A DNA stretch of 64,000 nt from Camelus ferus (Eukaryota): assembly GCF_009834535.1 (NCBI RefSeq), contig NC_045697.1, positions 96,474,001 to 96,538,000 of the forward strand, in the 5' to 3' direction. The notes beneath the pieces were generated by a model, which worked only from the letters and a program-made list of their open reading frames with translations, was not told where the DNA came from and did no database searches. Of this stretch, positions 11,931 to 24,890 are shown one piece after another (the first letter of the stretch is position 1; each line of letters starts with the position of its first letter). A program made the position numbers and the translations under genes.

Positions 11931-13904
11931 TTGCTGTTGGCTCTGGCATGTTTCTGTATCACACCTGACTTGAGAGCATCCTAAGGTTCTTCCCCCACTT
12001 GACCTATGTAACCACCTTCTCCACACTTCTCTGGGATGTACGCTTTCACCTAAAGGTAATTTTTTTTCATTGCCCTCTTAACATGTCATCCAATTTCCAT
12101 GTAAGTCTTCCTGCACGGAGGTACAGAGGCTTTGGCCGCCTCTGGTGCTGCATGAAAAAGATCCACGAAGGGGCAGTGGCCCTCCTTCCAGTCTGATTCT
12201 TTCCCATGTCCTTCTGCCCAGTGCTCAGATCAGTTCCATCTTCTGAAGTAAGCCTCTCTGTCTATGTCAACCTATTTTGATACATAGCTCATTGCCTTGG
12301 GATTTTAAAAATAAGTATAGGGTCTGGTCTGTACAAGATTGTTAGCAAATTTAACTTAAAGAGAGCGATTTTGCCAAAGCCTTTTTTTCTTATCAAATGT
12401 GTCCTGAAAATTGTGATATTTTTCCCAGTAAAATATCTATGAAAACTTGTGCTCACTGTGACCATCATAGCCTCCAAATATTAACTCTTTGACTGGAGTT
12501 TATTTTAACTTATAAAATATTTACATTTGTGCATCTTTCTGCATCTTGCAAGTGGAAGTTCCCCTGAACTGTGTAAATAGCCTGGCTCAATCCTCTGACT
12601 ATGCAGCTGATCGGGAAATTAAGAATTAAAGGAACTGCAGTGAGAGTTACAACGTCCACTTTAAGTCCAAGCTAACACAGGGTTTGCTGCCAGGCACAGG
12701 TAGAATGAAAAAAAAAAAAAAAAAATACCCCCTTTCGCCTGATTTTCCTCAGGCTGATTTAGTTTTCTTACCAACTTTTGAAGTCTGGAGAAGCATACAT
12801 CAGTGAAAACTCCTTCATCAAGTAAAGAACAGAATGAAAAGTGGAATTCTATTGCTACATTTAAATAGAGTATCATCTTGTTATAATAATGAGAAATTTT
12901 CATAGACGAGGCCTCATCTCTGTGAGCAGCAAACTCATCTGTTTGATTTGAAAATATCATTCTTTCTAATGGGAAAGATTTGAACAAGGTAATTTTAGGC
13001 AACAAGACACTTTAGCTATCTTTGTCTAAATTTAAATGTAAATGAAAGCTCAGCAATCACTCCTTTCAATCCAGCCTTTTTCATTGTTATTAATCTATTT
13101 TGTCAACAGTGTTTTATAGACTAAATCAGTGGTGCTTTTTAAAAATAATATTGTTAAGTAAAGGGTCTATTTTATTTCTTATCTCTCTGATTACATAATG
13201 CAAGCCACTTTTGAAAGCTTAACAGAAAATAACAAAGGCTTGTCTAGGCCAAGATAGGGGAACTAATTCAATTATAATAAAAAGGATTTAAGCCCACGCC
13301 ATAAGAGTTCTTGCTTTTATTATTTTTCAAGCCTTCTGGAGATTAAAATCAGAAGACTTTAATGCCGGATTACAGACACAGCTAGTAATCTTAGAAAACT
13401 TGTCAATTCAATAATGTTCATATGAATTAGAATGTTTTAGTAAATATCATTAAAACATTAAAAGTCTAACCTCTGGCAAATGAAAACTGGCAAAGTCTAG
13501 TGGATCCGTAAAAAGAAAATATTTTGCAAATCACATTATTTAGACAAATGCAGCTGTTGTACCAGAAATTAAAGTCTATGTGAAAATAAATATTTTGGTC
13601 TTCAGAAAACAAATGATCAGTTGCAGAAATCTCTCCTCTGCTACACTGCTTCTAGTAGTCTTATACCTCAAAGTCCACTATAACCCAGCAACCAACTGAA
13701 CAATAGCAAACTGCTACTCTTCAACCAAGAACAGGTTGAGGTTATTGATTTAGAAAAGTTTAAATAGAAATAGCGGGATGCTTACCATTGTTGTTACAAG
13801 TATGCCTCTGGTTATGTCACGATTCTGTCCAAAACCTTACAGTTGCCATTACTAACATGACCATAGTCAGACACCTTTGTAAAAAATAATGTGATATAAA
13901 GTAG

Positions 13905-14985
13905 GATTGTCTTTTTTTTTACCTGTTTTTTTCCCCAGGAAAAGCATGTATAGGGCATGGGAAAGCTTGCAGGGAAGTGAGACTGACCTCTCCACCCTTG
14001 TGAGGTTTTATTTGCTCTGGTGCTTCGAGAGGAAAGGAGCAGAGAATACGTTGAAAGATCCTGGCTTGTGCCTTCCGGACATTTTAGGGATGCAAAAGAC
14101 TCGGAAAAGTCTGACTTCCCTGTGAAAATTCCAAAGGCACAACAATGGCTTTAGCTGCCTCTGATGTCTGGATGAAGAAAGAGGCATGGAGGAGCCAGCT
14201 ACACTCACCGAGGTGCTGGGGAAAGGGCTCAGTCCTGCTGATCATGCGTGGACCTAACAGAAAGAGGCTAGGACTCAATTCCTTTTGGAAAGAACTGTGG
14301 TCAAGAGGCTAGATTGGAAGGGCAAAGTTACCTAGACAGAAAGATTCAGCATGGGTGGGCCCCTGGGAAGTCCAGGACTGATAGAGTTATAAGTTGCTAG
14401 TTAGTGGAGATGTGACCTAAACAGGAAAAGGCAGAGGAGAGATGAGCGAAGTCCTTAGAGAACACTCACATGAAATAACTGAATGTAAGTGGGGTAATTC
14501 AGCATCATCAACCATGTAAGGACATGTCCGACTATCCATCTATCCTCTCATATTCAAAATCCTAGAGAAGCAAGAAGTACACAGAAAGGTGGGGTTTGGG
14601 GGAGAAGAGAAGTCAGAATTATGGAGCAAGAGTAAAACAAATACAAAAGACAGCTGACTAATAAAAAATAAAAAAATCACTGGACCATATTTACGCCCCC
14701 TCCCCCCCCTTTCTCATTGCAGGCTTTTGAGATTATGGAAATAAGGCAGAAGTTCTAGTTTGCATCAGACAGTATGGTGTGTTTAGATTTGACCACATTC
14801 CATTGTTCGGAAAAGAAAAACAAAAAACCTGAAGTAATTAGACTATCTAATAAGAAATGAAAGTGCCTTGGGATTTTTTTGATAAATCTCCAGGACAGAG
14901 TGGTTAAAAGGAGGTGCTTTAAAGAATGCAATTGCTTTTTCCTTCATATCCTACAAGTCTAGTTTGTTCACTAAAATAGTTACCT
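13905..14985 (+). mobile_element. Probable ancient Gypsy-type LTR (MamGypLTR/LTR81-88-like)
   Basis: ~1.1 kb purine-rich GC-elevated block ending 'catatcctacaagtctagtttgttcactaaaatagttac', resembling the 3' end of these LTRs. Confidence 0.4.
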
Positions 14986-15189
14986 GGAATTCTTTTGATT
15001 TTGACATTCTGAAGTAAGTGTGCCCTTCACTAAGTCTCAAACTATGTATGCATCTTCTGATAGTATGCCACACTGTAAGAAAAAAAAAAAGTTTTGATGG
15101 GTGTTTAGCCCATAACTGGCCCTCAATGGATACTACTTATTACTCTATATTTCAGTTACAGTACCCATAGTGTGTGTGTGTTTCAATAA

Positions 15190-16150
15190 ATATTTGGAAT
15201 ATAAATTAATTTTGAAATGGATAACATGGTATGTGCTCATATATAAAGATTGTGTAGATTAGATCATTTCTTCCCTGCTGGTAGGCAACACTGGATATAT
15301 ACCAGATACATGTGTGTGTACATGCATCACATACATACATAGATACATATGCACACATATATACATACCTGTATGAATGCCTGTGTATATGTATGTGTGT
15401 ATATATACATATATAGGTGTGTGTATGTAGTCTCTTTGACTGTTTTATTCATTTATTTATCAAATACAGACTCAATGTAGTGTATAATTTCTCGATGTCT
15501 AAGTTTTCATTTTGCAGAAACCTTGTGATAATCTGTGGCTCTTTTAGCTTCCATATGCATATTAGAATTAGTTGGCCAAGCACAATAATAACAATGAATC
15601 AGTTATTTCCCCAAGGATCTCTGGTTCCTTTTAGTGGAGAATACATATACAAACCAAGCAAAGGGATGCTTAATACTACTGGGGTGTCATTGCACCAAAG
15701 CTTTCTCAGTGTACAGAGCTTGGAAACATGAAATTTGTGTAGACACATACATGTGCATCCTTTTCTATTTTAATCTCAGTCTGTATATTGATCAAAACCT
15801 CTGAGTTCAGAGTATCTCAAACACCACAGGGTGCACTTAAGCCATCGCCCCCACCCCCTTCTTTATTTGTAACTACTTTCCCTGACAGGTTCTCTGACAG
15901 TAAAAAACTGGATTTCATTATCTACAATATATTTACTGATTTGCCCAGTCTGAGAATACCAATAAAGCAGTGTCAGAATTGTTATCCTAAAACTCTGTGA
16001 AAAACAAATCTACTAAATAGAGTACAAAACTGGCAGATAATTATTTTTCCTTTAGTATTTTTTACTTATAGTATATTCAATATTATATATATTCAACGCC
16101 TTCTTACATCTCTTCCTTTCTTACATGAAAGGCAGACTACTAAGGATATT
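15190..16150 (-). mobile_element. Old L1 (L1MC-type) 3' region with embedded microsatellite
   Basis: 'tttccccaaggatctctggttccttttagtggagaa...tactggggtgtcattgc' is typical of antisense L1MC 3' UTR. Confidence 0.55.
15308..15428. repeat. Compound (TG/TA/CATA)n microsatellite
   Basis: Directly visible alternating purine-pyrimidine low-complexity tract. Confidence 0.85.
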
Positions 16151-19100
16151 CTTTTGCACAAAAATGCATTTTCAACCAAATTACCTGAAATAGAGAAAGT
16201 CGAATGCAGCAGAGTTTGAGTCTGGCAGTTTTAAAGTAACGCATAATTTTTAAACTCTAAAACTTCAAATTAAAGATGTTAAACATCAAAGTTAGGGTTT
16301 GTTAGGGGTCTGGTTTTTATTCTCATTGTTTGGTGTGGTAGAGGACTATTTGATTAAATTAACCATGGAAATCACAAAGTTATGCTTTTCCAGGATGGAG
16401 AAGACATCTTATAGGCAGCATATAAGGAAAATACTAGTTTGAAAATGTATATCTAACCTTTACATTACAATTATTAACTGTTTAATAGGTGATTAAAAAG
16501 AATTTAAGGTACCCATTGGACATGTTGATAGGGAAAGCACTTGTTCTGCGGTACTTGCAGTAGACTACACAATTCATGCTAAATCATTGTGTTGATGCAG
16601 CTATTCTAGGGGAAAATTAAAGTCCTAATAGTAATACAGAATGGAATATGGAAGTCGAACCCACCAAAACTTAGCAAATATTTTCATGCATTTTACATAA
16701 GGATTTCCATCTTCCAGAATTCTTTTTCAATGTTTATTTATAAACCACCATCTCTATGCCAATATTTTCCTATAAATATATAAATGTATTAATAAAAGAA
16801 AGAAGGAGATGAGAAAACCATTTCATTATTTTCTGCAAAACAAAACAAAACAAATACCAGTTTGGTATAATACCACTTCTAGTCAATTCATTCTTAGGTT
16901 TTATGAAACTGACTAAAGTCTCACAGCGAATGGAGGTGTTTTCTTTCTAAAAATATGACTTTCTCTAGGGACCTCTCTTATCCTTTCACAAAGCGTTTCT
17001 CCACGTTTGCACCACACGCACTCCAGTCACTAAAAATCTACATTATGCATGCTCTGCAGTTTGATCCCAAATTGGATCTACCTATATCACTGAAGTAACA
17101 TGAATATATTTAGTTTTTCACCTGAAATGAAAAGTTGTCAGATCAGTTCTTCCTCTCTGATTCTGCCTTTGACTGTGGCATTATTACAAACTGCCCTGAG
17201 GCATATCTTTTCTTTTAATGCGATGTCTCAAATGCAAACGTTCAGCGGTAGTTATTGTTCAACGTTACATAACCAAAAAGAAATGCCACCTAGTTATTAA
17301 ACTGTCAGAACAGTTAAAGTGAATACATTGTAACAAACTTCATCCTATATAAAGTCATAGCCACTGTCAGCTTCTTCAGAAGAGACCTCATGAAGTGCAT
17401 GGAGGGAAGTAAAGACCAAAACTGAGTAGAAATTTCCTGTCTTCAGAGATTTTTAACTATGTCATGAAAAGTAACCGTATCTCTGGTTCCACAAAATTAG
17501 TAAGGATGTAGAATTTCCTTTGTACTGACCATTCTTTTATTACTTAATATTTGACTTAAGGCGATATTTCCAACTATTAAAATATAGTTCCTTGTAGGGT
17601 AGCTCTCTTAACATTCAGTCACCATCTGATACTGAATTTCAATTTGAAGTCACCCCAGATACTTACTTGTGAATACTTTGGATTTAGCTTCACATACCTC
17701 AGAGAAGCTTATTTTTTATATAAAAGAAATATTACAATGCTCTCTTTTATTACCTCTGCGACCACATAATTGAGCCATATCATCTTTAATTATATGACAA
17801 GTTGTTTTATAGGTTGTGTAAAAATGTAAGCTTTCATCACATTTCCTCTTAAGACAAAGATAGCAAAAGGTTTCATGTATTAGCTCAAACGGAATTTTAG
17901 TGAGTTAAATTAATATAACGTGCTATTGACCTTACATTGCAAACCAAACAGAATAGTAGATACTATAAAAGGAAAAACTTTGAGATGTTTATAAAATCCT
18001 AAATTAATGTTGCAAATTACATGGCTGTCCAAATCAAAAGCGGCATGGCATCGAGTGACCGAAACGACTATTCTTTCAGAAATAAATAGGGAGAAGTATA
18101 AAACTGGGCTTCCCACGGCAAACTATCTTGCAGAGTCTTGGAGCCACCTCCTATACTTTGGATGCAGAACAACCAATGGAGATTTGTCAGCAGGTGCTAG
18201 AGTAACAGATGTATTTTCACTCCCCCTAACCATCTGAGGGGACCACCGAAGTTGAGAATTGAATTTCAGTTCCAACTAATATATTTCAACTATTCTAATC
18301 AATCTATCACCAATAATCTCAGCTAATTTCTACAATAGGTTCTAGTCTTTATTTCTGCCAAACAAGAGAACTGTGGATCTCAAACTGTCATTTGCTTATC
18401 AGAAGCAACAGGTAGTAATACTCATTGCTTGCACTAGTTGGTGAGATATTAACAGCCCATAGTTTTCTTAGTACAGAATGACTTGATTGACAATGGTTCT
18501 TATCCTCTTATCCTGCAAAGTTATTTTAATAATGGGACAATATTTGGCAGGTTTCTGTTACATAATCGACTTCTAGATATAAAAGCAGGTTGTTGAACAT
18601 GTCAGTCTGCATGTATAACTATTTTATGTGTTATCATCAAGTAATAATTCTATTAAGATATAATCTAAAAAGTAAAATTGCACTTTGATATTTTCACATG
18701 GATGTATAATTCCTTCCATTCTTTGCTTATGATTGGGAAGGAACCTAGACTATCTACACTTCAGAATGAGGGGGAACGAGTAAGCCTTTAGTACTTCCCT
18801 AATCCTGATTTTCTGACTTAAAATAAAAATGGCTCATATAGATGAAAGAGAATGCCAGACAAAACACAAAATATCAAGAGGGAGGTGTATCTGAAACTTC
18901 CTTCTAAATAGCATGTACTATTGCATACCCTTCCAGGGAGTAACTTAGTGTACACTTGTTAGTGAGAAGCTGTTACTACACTAGTCTACTCAACACATAG
19001 TAGCTCTTAACTTCATTGTCACAGACCAGATGTGCTTGTACCCCCACAACCAGAAAAAATGGGTCAGGGGAGAAAATTAAACATCAAAAGTGGATTCAGT

Positions 19101-19594
19101 TGTTTTTTAGTTTTGTTTTTGTTATTTCATTGCCATGTTCCTCTGGTAATAAACAGGATGTTCAGTTTTCTCTTTTCTTTATGTATATTTTCTTACATAT
19201 ATTATCCCTAAATGAAATCTCATTTAGGGAAAATGCAACAAATTGGTTTTTTTGAAGATTGTTTCCATTGCTTAGCACAAATAATATTTGTGAGGTGGTG
19301 CTCCAGGGAATGAAGGAGACAGAGGATTTTGACTGGGTGGAAACTTTCAGCACCTCATTGAGAGAAATTTTGTGTTAGACAGATACCTTTATGTGTTCCA
19401 AAGTATGAGAGGAGTTGTCAACGGATAAAAGGTCAAGTAGATTTAGGAATCTCTCAGTTATTAAGTAAACAAGTTTCTATCATTGACATCTTCTTAGAGC
19501 TTTAAATAAACAAATTTGAGCACAAATGAGAGGACAGCAAGACAAAAAATGTAGAGAAACAAATGAGGAATGTTCTATAAGTGAAGTGAAATGA

Positions 19595-19760
19595 TAAGGT
19601 CAGGATTTAAATCTGTTGAACAGCAGATTACCTTGGATGAAAGTCTTAATTTCTCTAACCCTATTGCCTAATTAATTAAAAAACCCCAAAATTTATACCT
19701 ACCTTTCAGGGGTTTTGTGAGATTTATCAAAATATTAGAAAAATAGTAAATATAATTTGC
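19595..19760 (+). mobile_element. MIR SINE fragment
   Basis: 'caggatttaaatctg...ccttggatgaaagtcttaatttctctaaccc...tatacctacctttcaggggttttgtgagatt'. Confidence 0.55.
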
Positions 19761-20189
19761 AAGTATTAATAATAACAATAAACCTAATCTTCCATGTATA
19801 TTATTAAACTTAATACTAGCAAAAAAAAAATCTGTAGATAGATATTGTTTTCTACTCTAATAGAATCTTTAGGAAGGTAAACATAATTTTTCTTTTTATT
19901 TTTTCCATTGGTATATCCTAGTGTCTAAAAGTATATATGAGTCGGAACTCAGTAATTTTCTTAATGAAGTGAATGACAAAGTGAGAAAACACTATTAAAT
20001 TCGACGCGGTTTGATTCCAGAATCTCTGATCTCATTCACAGTATGTTGTAGATTTCAGCAAAAAGTGCAGTTATTTTTGTTTTTGTTTTTATTTTTCCTT
20101 TGAGGATGTACAGCTTTTAAAATCAGAAATTTTACACAACTAAACAAATGCATTTTATTCTGCTTCTGTGAAATTCTTATATTTAGTCA

Positions 20190-20440
20190 TTTATTTATCA
20201 AACATTTATTAAATGATGACTACGTATGATATACTGAGCTAGAAACTGAAAACTATACAGAAATGAAAGACAAAGTTCCTGCTTTCAGCCCTGGTATAAA
20301 GGAAAAGAGCAGCATGTAAACAATTACTTATTATCATAGTTCAAGTGCTCATTTATTGTTTGCTGGATACACTGTATTCTTAGCACTGCACTATGAACTG
20401 ATGAGGTAATGAGGAAGAACAGCTAAATATTTTGATGTGG
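20190..20440 (-). mobile_element. L2 3' end fragment
   Basis: 'tcatttatttatcaaacatttattaaatgatgactacgt...gacaaagttcctgctttca' is the antisense L2 tail. Confidence 0.6.
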
Positions 20441-20937
20441 TTTATTAAAAAAAAAGAGCAGAAAACTTTGAGAAAAGAAAAGCACATAATTAAAAGATCA
20501 TAAGCAGCAAGTTCAAAAAATGGGTTGATCATTTCTGAAACCACCTGTATGCGGAGCATGAAAAGAAGATAGAAAGCTGCTTGTGCCTACGATTACTGAT
20601 CATCTGTGAAGTGCATGGCATGTAGTGAGACCTTAAAAATACTGTTTTAATCAGTGAATGAATGGATGCTATAAATAATTACTTTTAAGGAGCTGGAAGT
20701 GGAAGGGATTTAGTTTGGGAAAATATTTTTTAATCTTCATTTTGCATCTTTTTTAATTTGGGAAAAAAAGGTTACTTCCAAAAGCCATTATCAGTTAATG
20801 GTTCTACAATTATTGGAATGTTATAATCAGAATAATTAATCCTGAGTTGACCAAATTTGATATAAAATGGTGTATAATATGTGCATTCCCTTTTCTAAAA
20901 ACAAAACAAAACAAAAACTTCAGGAATACTTGTGGTA

Positions 20938-22307
20938 GGTCACACTGTAGGCCACCAAAAAAGTCTCAATAAATTTAAAAGGATGAAAATTACGTCAAGC
21001 ATTTTTCTGACCACAATGGTATGAAACTAAAAATCAATTACAGAAAGAAAAACAGGAAAAGAACAAACACTTGGAGACTGAACAACGTGCTACTAAAAAA
21101 TCCAGTAGGTCAATGAAGAAATCAAAGAGGAAAGCAGACAATACCTTGAAACAAAAGAAAATGGAAACACAGAACTCCAAAGTCTATAGGATGCAGCAAA
21201 AAGCAGTTCTAAGAAGGAAGTTTACAGCAATACAGGCCTTCCTCAAGAAAGAAGAAAAATCTTAAATAACAACTTAATCTATCACCTAAAGGAATTAGAA
21301 AAGTGGAAAGAAAAAAAAAAAAACCCAAACGTCAGCAGAAAGAAGGAAATAATGAAGACTAGAATAAATATAAATTCAATTAAAGTCAAAAATAACAAAA
21401 GATCAATAAAACCAAGAGCTGGTTTTTTGAAAGGATAAACAAAATTGATAAACATTTAGCCAGGCTCACAGGAAGAAAAGAGAGAGGACCCAAATGAACA
21501 AAATAAGAAATGAGAGAGGAGAAATAACAACTGTTATCACAGAAATACAAAAAATCATGAGACCACTGTGAACAGTTATATGCCAACAAATTGAACAACT
21601 TGGAAGAAATGAATAAATTTCTAGAAACATACCGTCTGCCATGACTGAACCAAGAAGAAACAGACTCTTTGAACTGACTGATCACTCATAGTGAAATTGA
21701 ATTAAAAAACAAACAAACAAACAAACAAAACTCCCAGCAAATGAAAGTCCAGGATTGGAGGGCTTCAAGGGGGAATTCTACCAAACATATAAAGAAGAAC
21801 TAATTCCTATCCTTTTCAAACTATTCTAAAAAATTGAAGAGAACAGAACAATCCTAAATTCATTCGATAAGGGCACCATTACCCTAATACCAAAAACCAG
21901 TCAAAGACACTACAAAAACAAAATTACAGGCCAATATATTTGAATATACATGCAGAGATCTTCAACAAACTATTAGTAAACTGAATCCAACAATTGGCCA
22001 AAAACCATGATCTAGTTGGATTTATTCCAGGAACACAAGGTTGGTTCAACATTCACAAATCAGTCAATGTGATACACTTCATTAACCAAATGGAGGATAA
22101 AAATCACACGATCATCTCATTTTCCACAGAAAAGGCACTTGACAAAACTCCGTATTCGTTCATGATTAAAAACTATCATCAAAGTGAGTATAGAGGGAAC
22201 ATATCTCAACTTAATAAAGGCCGCTTACGACAAACTCACAGCCAAAAAATACTCAATGGTGAAAAGCTAAAAGCCTTCCCACTAAATTTAGGAAAAAGAC
22301 AAAAATG
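20938..22307 (+). mobile_element. L1 ORF2 internal fragment (end of endonuclease, linker, start of reverse transcriptase), frameshifted
   Basis: ORF 21994-22365 has GFIPGTQGWFNIHKSVNVIHFIN...KNHTIIS...EKALDK (L1 RT motif); ORF 21071-21265 has KAVLRRKFTAIQAFLKK (ORF2 linker). Several stops and frameshifts. Confidence 0.95.
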
Positions 22308-22591
22308 TATTAGTCTTGGCTCACAACAACAATCACAACTGAAAAACAAAGCAGCTCAGCTATAGCAATCTGCAGTTCTACTAAGTCTGTTTTTACCCTT
22401 GATCTCTTATTTGATTCATCACTTTTCCTGGTGTTTATACCAATGTGCCTTTTCTTAAACTCATATCTGTTTTTCAAATGGCTCATTAGACAGATGTTTC
22501 TAAGATTACATTGACATTTTCCTAAATAATGCCTGTTTGCTAAAATTTCAAGTTTTATTACCACAGGTGTTCTTCTTTAGGTTTATAAAAA

Positions 22592-23072
22592 TTTTTTATT
22601 GAGGTATAGTTGATTTACAATATTACATTAGTTTCAGGTATACAGCATAGTGATTCAGTAGTTTTTACAGTTTATACTCCATTAAAAACTATTATAAGGT
22701 AACAGCTATAATTCCTTGTTCTAAAGAATATATCCTTCTTGCTTATCTATTTTATACATAGTAGCTTGTACCTCATTAGTGCCATACCCTTAATTTGTAT
22801 ACACACACACATATATATATAATAGACTATTACTTGGCCATAAAAAAGAATGAAATTCTGCCATTTGCAGCAAAGTGGACAGATCTAGAGAATATTATGT
22901 ATACTTAGTGAAATAAGTCAGACAGAAAAAGGCAAATACTGTATGATATCACTTATGGGTGAATCTAAAAAATAATATAAACAAATATATATGCAAAACA
23001 GAAACAGACTCACAGGATACAGAAAATAAACTAGAGGTACCAGAGGGGAGTGGTGGGGCAAGTTAGGGGTAT
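22592..23072 (-). mobile_element. 5'-inverted, truncated L1 (3' UTR)
   Basis: 22592-22797 is the antisense L1 3' end from the T tract ('ttttttattgaggtatagttgatttacaa'); 22798-23072 is the upstream L1 segment in sense orientation ('ccataaaaaagaatgaaattctgccatttgcagca...'). Confidence 0.9.
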
Positions 23073-23174
23073 TATCATCATAGATTTTAGACGACTAAAA
23101 TCATATATAAATTACAGAGAAACAAAATAAGATTGTAAGAGGGACTCCAAGGAGCAATTGTAAAGTTAACTGAA

Positions 23175-23632
23175 TATTTGGTGGATTGCAATGATGACCT
23201 TATTTCCTTATATCTGCCCTTTGTCATGCTGTGCTGCAGTTTCTCATGGTAAGATAGAGTTTTTATCCCTAAGTATTGTGTTTGTGGTACCCTTTGTTTG
23301 TCTTAGATAAGTGATTGAGGCAAAAATGATGGTGTGCCAGTTCTAAGCCCAGGCTTCAAGGATTGTATGGTTCCCATTTGTACTCTTATGCATCCACCTT
23401 CACTATGATAATAGGATTGGGGGTGGGTAGCCAGGTAGAAGATGGGTGACAGGAGAACAGAATCTGAGGCCAGCCTATATCAACCAACAGATCGCTGATC
23501 TCAAGACATGTGAGCAAGTGCAGCCAAGATCATCAGCGCCTTGCCTATCTATTTGACTTCAGACACAAGAGCCGTAAACTCTCACTGCCATATGCCACTG
23601 AGCAGCACAACGGTGGTAATAGTTAACTGAAA
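23175..23632 (+). mobile_element. MaLR LTR (MLT1F/H-like)
   Basis: 'tggtggattgcaatgatgacc...gtgccagttctaagcccaggcttcaag...agacatgtgagcaagtgcagccaagatca...tgccactgag...aatagttaactga'. Confidence 0.7.
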
Positions 23633-24462
23633 TGACATTAATAAAAAAGAATCAGATTATGCTACTCCAAAGACTCCATCTACAACAGGCAGGCTTTTGA
23701 ACATATGCTCTTGCATCTTCTGCAATATTTTAGAGACTCTACATATACTGTTGGACCATATTGTCTAAGAAGTCCTCACCCAGAACAACATACATGGATA
23801 TATATCAATAGTGTTTGTTTCTCTCATTCCCCCTGTTTTAATGTATCCAAATGAACAAATTTGGTGTATAGGTGTGCCATTTATGACATGTATATATCAG
23901 AGATCGAATTCTTCAGAGAAAATGAATCACACACATATGCACACATGTATGTATGTCTGAAATACACTAATATTCTTATCATTTCCAAAGAATGTCATTT
24001 ATTTTCAAAATATGTCCCTTTAGCTTGTGCCAGTGTTTTACACTAATTTGGACAACTTTATGACCTTTTTTTTTTGCCTTTTGAAATCTTACTTATACTA
24101 CATTCATTTTACATTAAACTCCTCAGTTGAGTGTTGTTTAGCAACTATGTACTTCTGAAGTGTACAAGATTTAACAATTTAGATGTCTAGTATCCTTTAA
24201 GTTCTTAGCTCATTAAGAGAATGACTAAATCTTTTTCTTTATACTCCCTTTGCTCTCCTCCTTGGCCGTCTTTCTGTCCCCTAGCATAGGAATGAACCAA
24301 TACACTCAGTAAATATAATAAGTGTGTTAACGTTAGTTTATTCTTGAAAGTTAATTTGGTACATAATTTGAGAAACTTATGTCTTGGATTTTATTGTTTC
24401 CAGGCAGTTTAAGCTCATCATGTCGTTGATTCAAAGTTAATGATGCCAATGCATTTGGCTTC

Positions 24463-24890
24463 TGTATTAATTTCCTAGGGCTGCTATTACAAGGTAATAC
24501 CAACTGGGGGGCTTAAAATATCAAAATTTATGGTTTCACAGTTCTGGCAGCTAGAAGTCTGAAATCAAGGTGTCAGCAGAGCCATGCTCCCTCTGAGACT
24601 CTGGGTAGAATTGTTCCTTGCCTCTTCCTAGCCTCTGGTTGTGACCAGCAATCCTTTGTATTCAGTAGCTTCCAGCTGCATCTCTCCAGTCTCTGCCTCT
24701 GTCATCAGACTGTGTTCCTCTCCCTTCTTCCAAGTAGACCAGTTACATTGGATTAGGGACCACCCTAATGACCTCATTCTAATTTGACTACATCTGCAAA
24801 GACCCTATTTCCAAGTTTAGTTACATTCAGAGGTCCAGGATTTAAGATTGTAACTTCTCATTTTGGAGGACATTTTTTCAACCCATGACA
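24463..24890 (-). mobile_element. MaLR solo LTR (MLT1B/C-like), near full length
   Basis: TG...CA ends; 'cacagttctggcagctagaagtctgaaatcaaggtgtcagcag' and 'tacatctgcaaagaccctatttccaa'; degenerate 5-bp flanks gcttc/gcccc. Confidence 0.9.

Noticed and set aside
13787..13876. Minus-strand segment between aag| and ATG|gtaagc as a coding exon
   Set aside because: Stop codons in all three frames and a weak acceptor.
21994..22365. Reverse transcriptase motifs as part of a novel RT system
   Set aside because: Plain degenerate L1 ORF2 with frameshifts; no partner genes, array or ncRNA structure.
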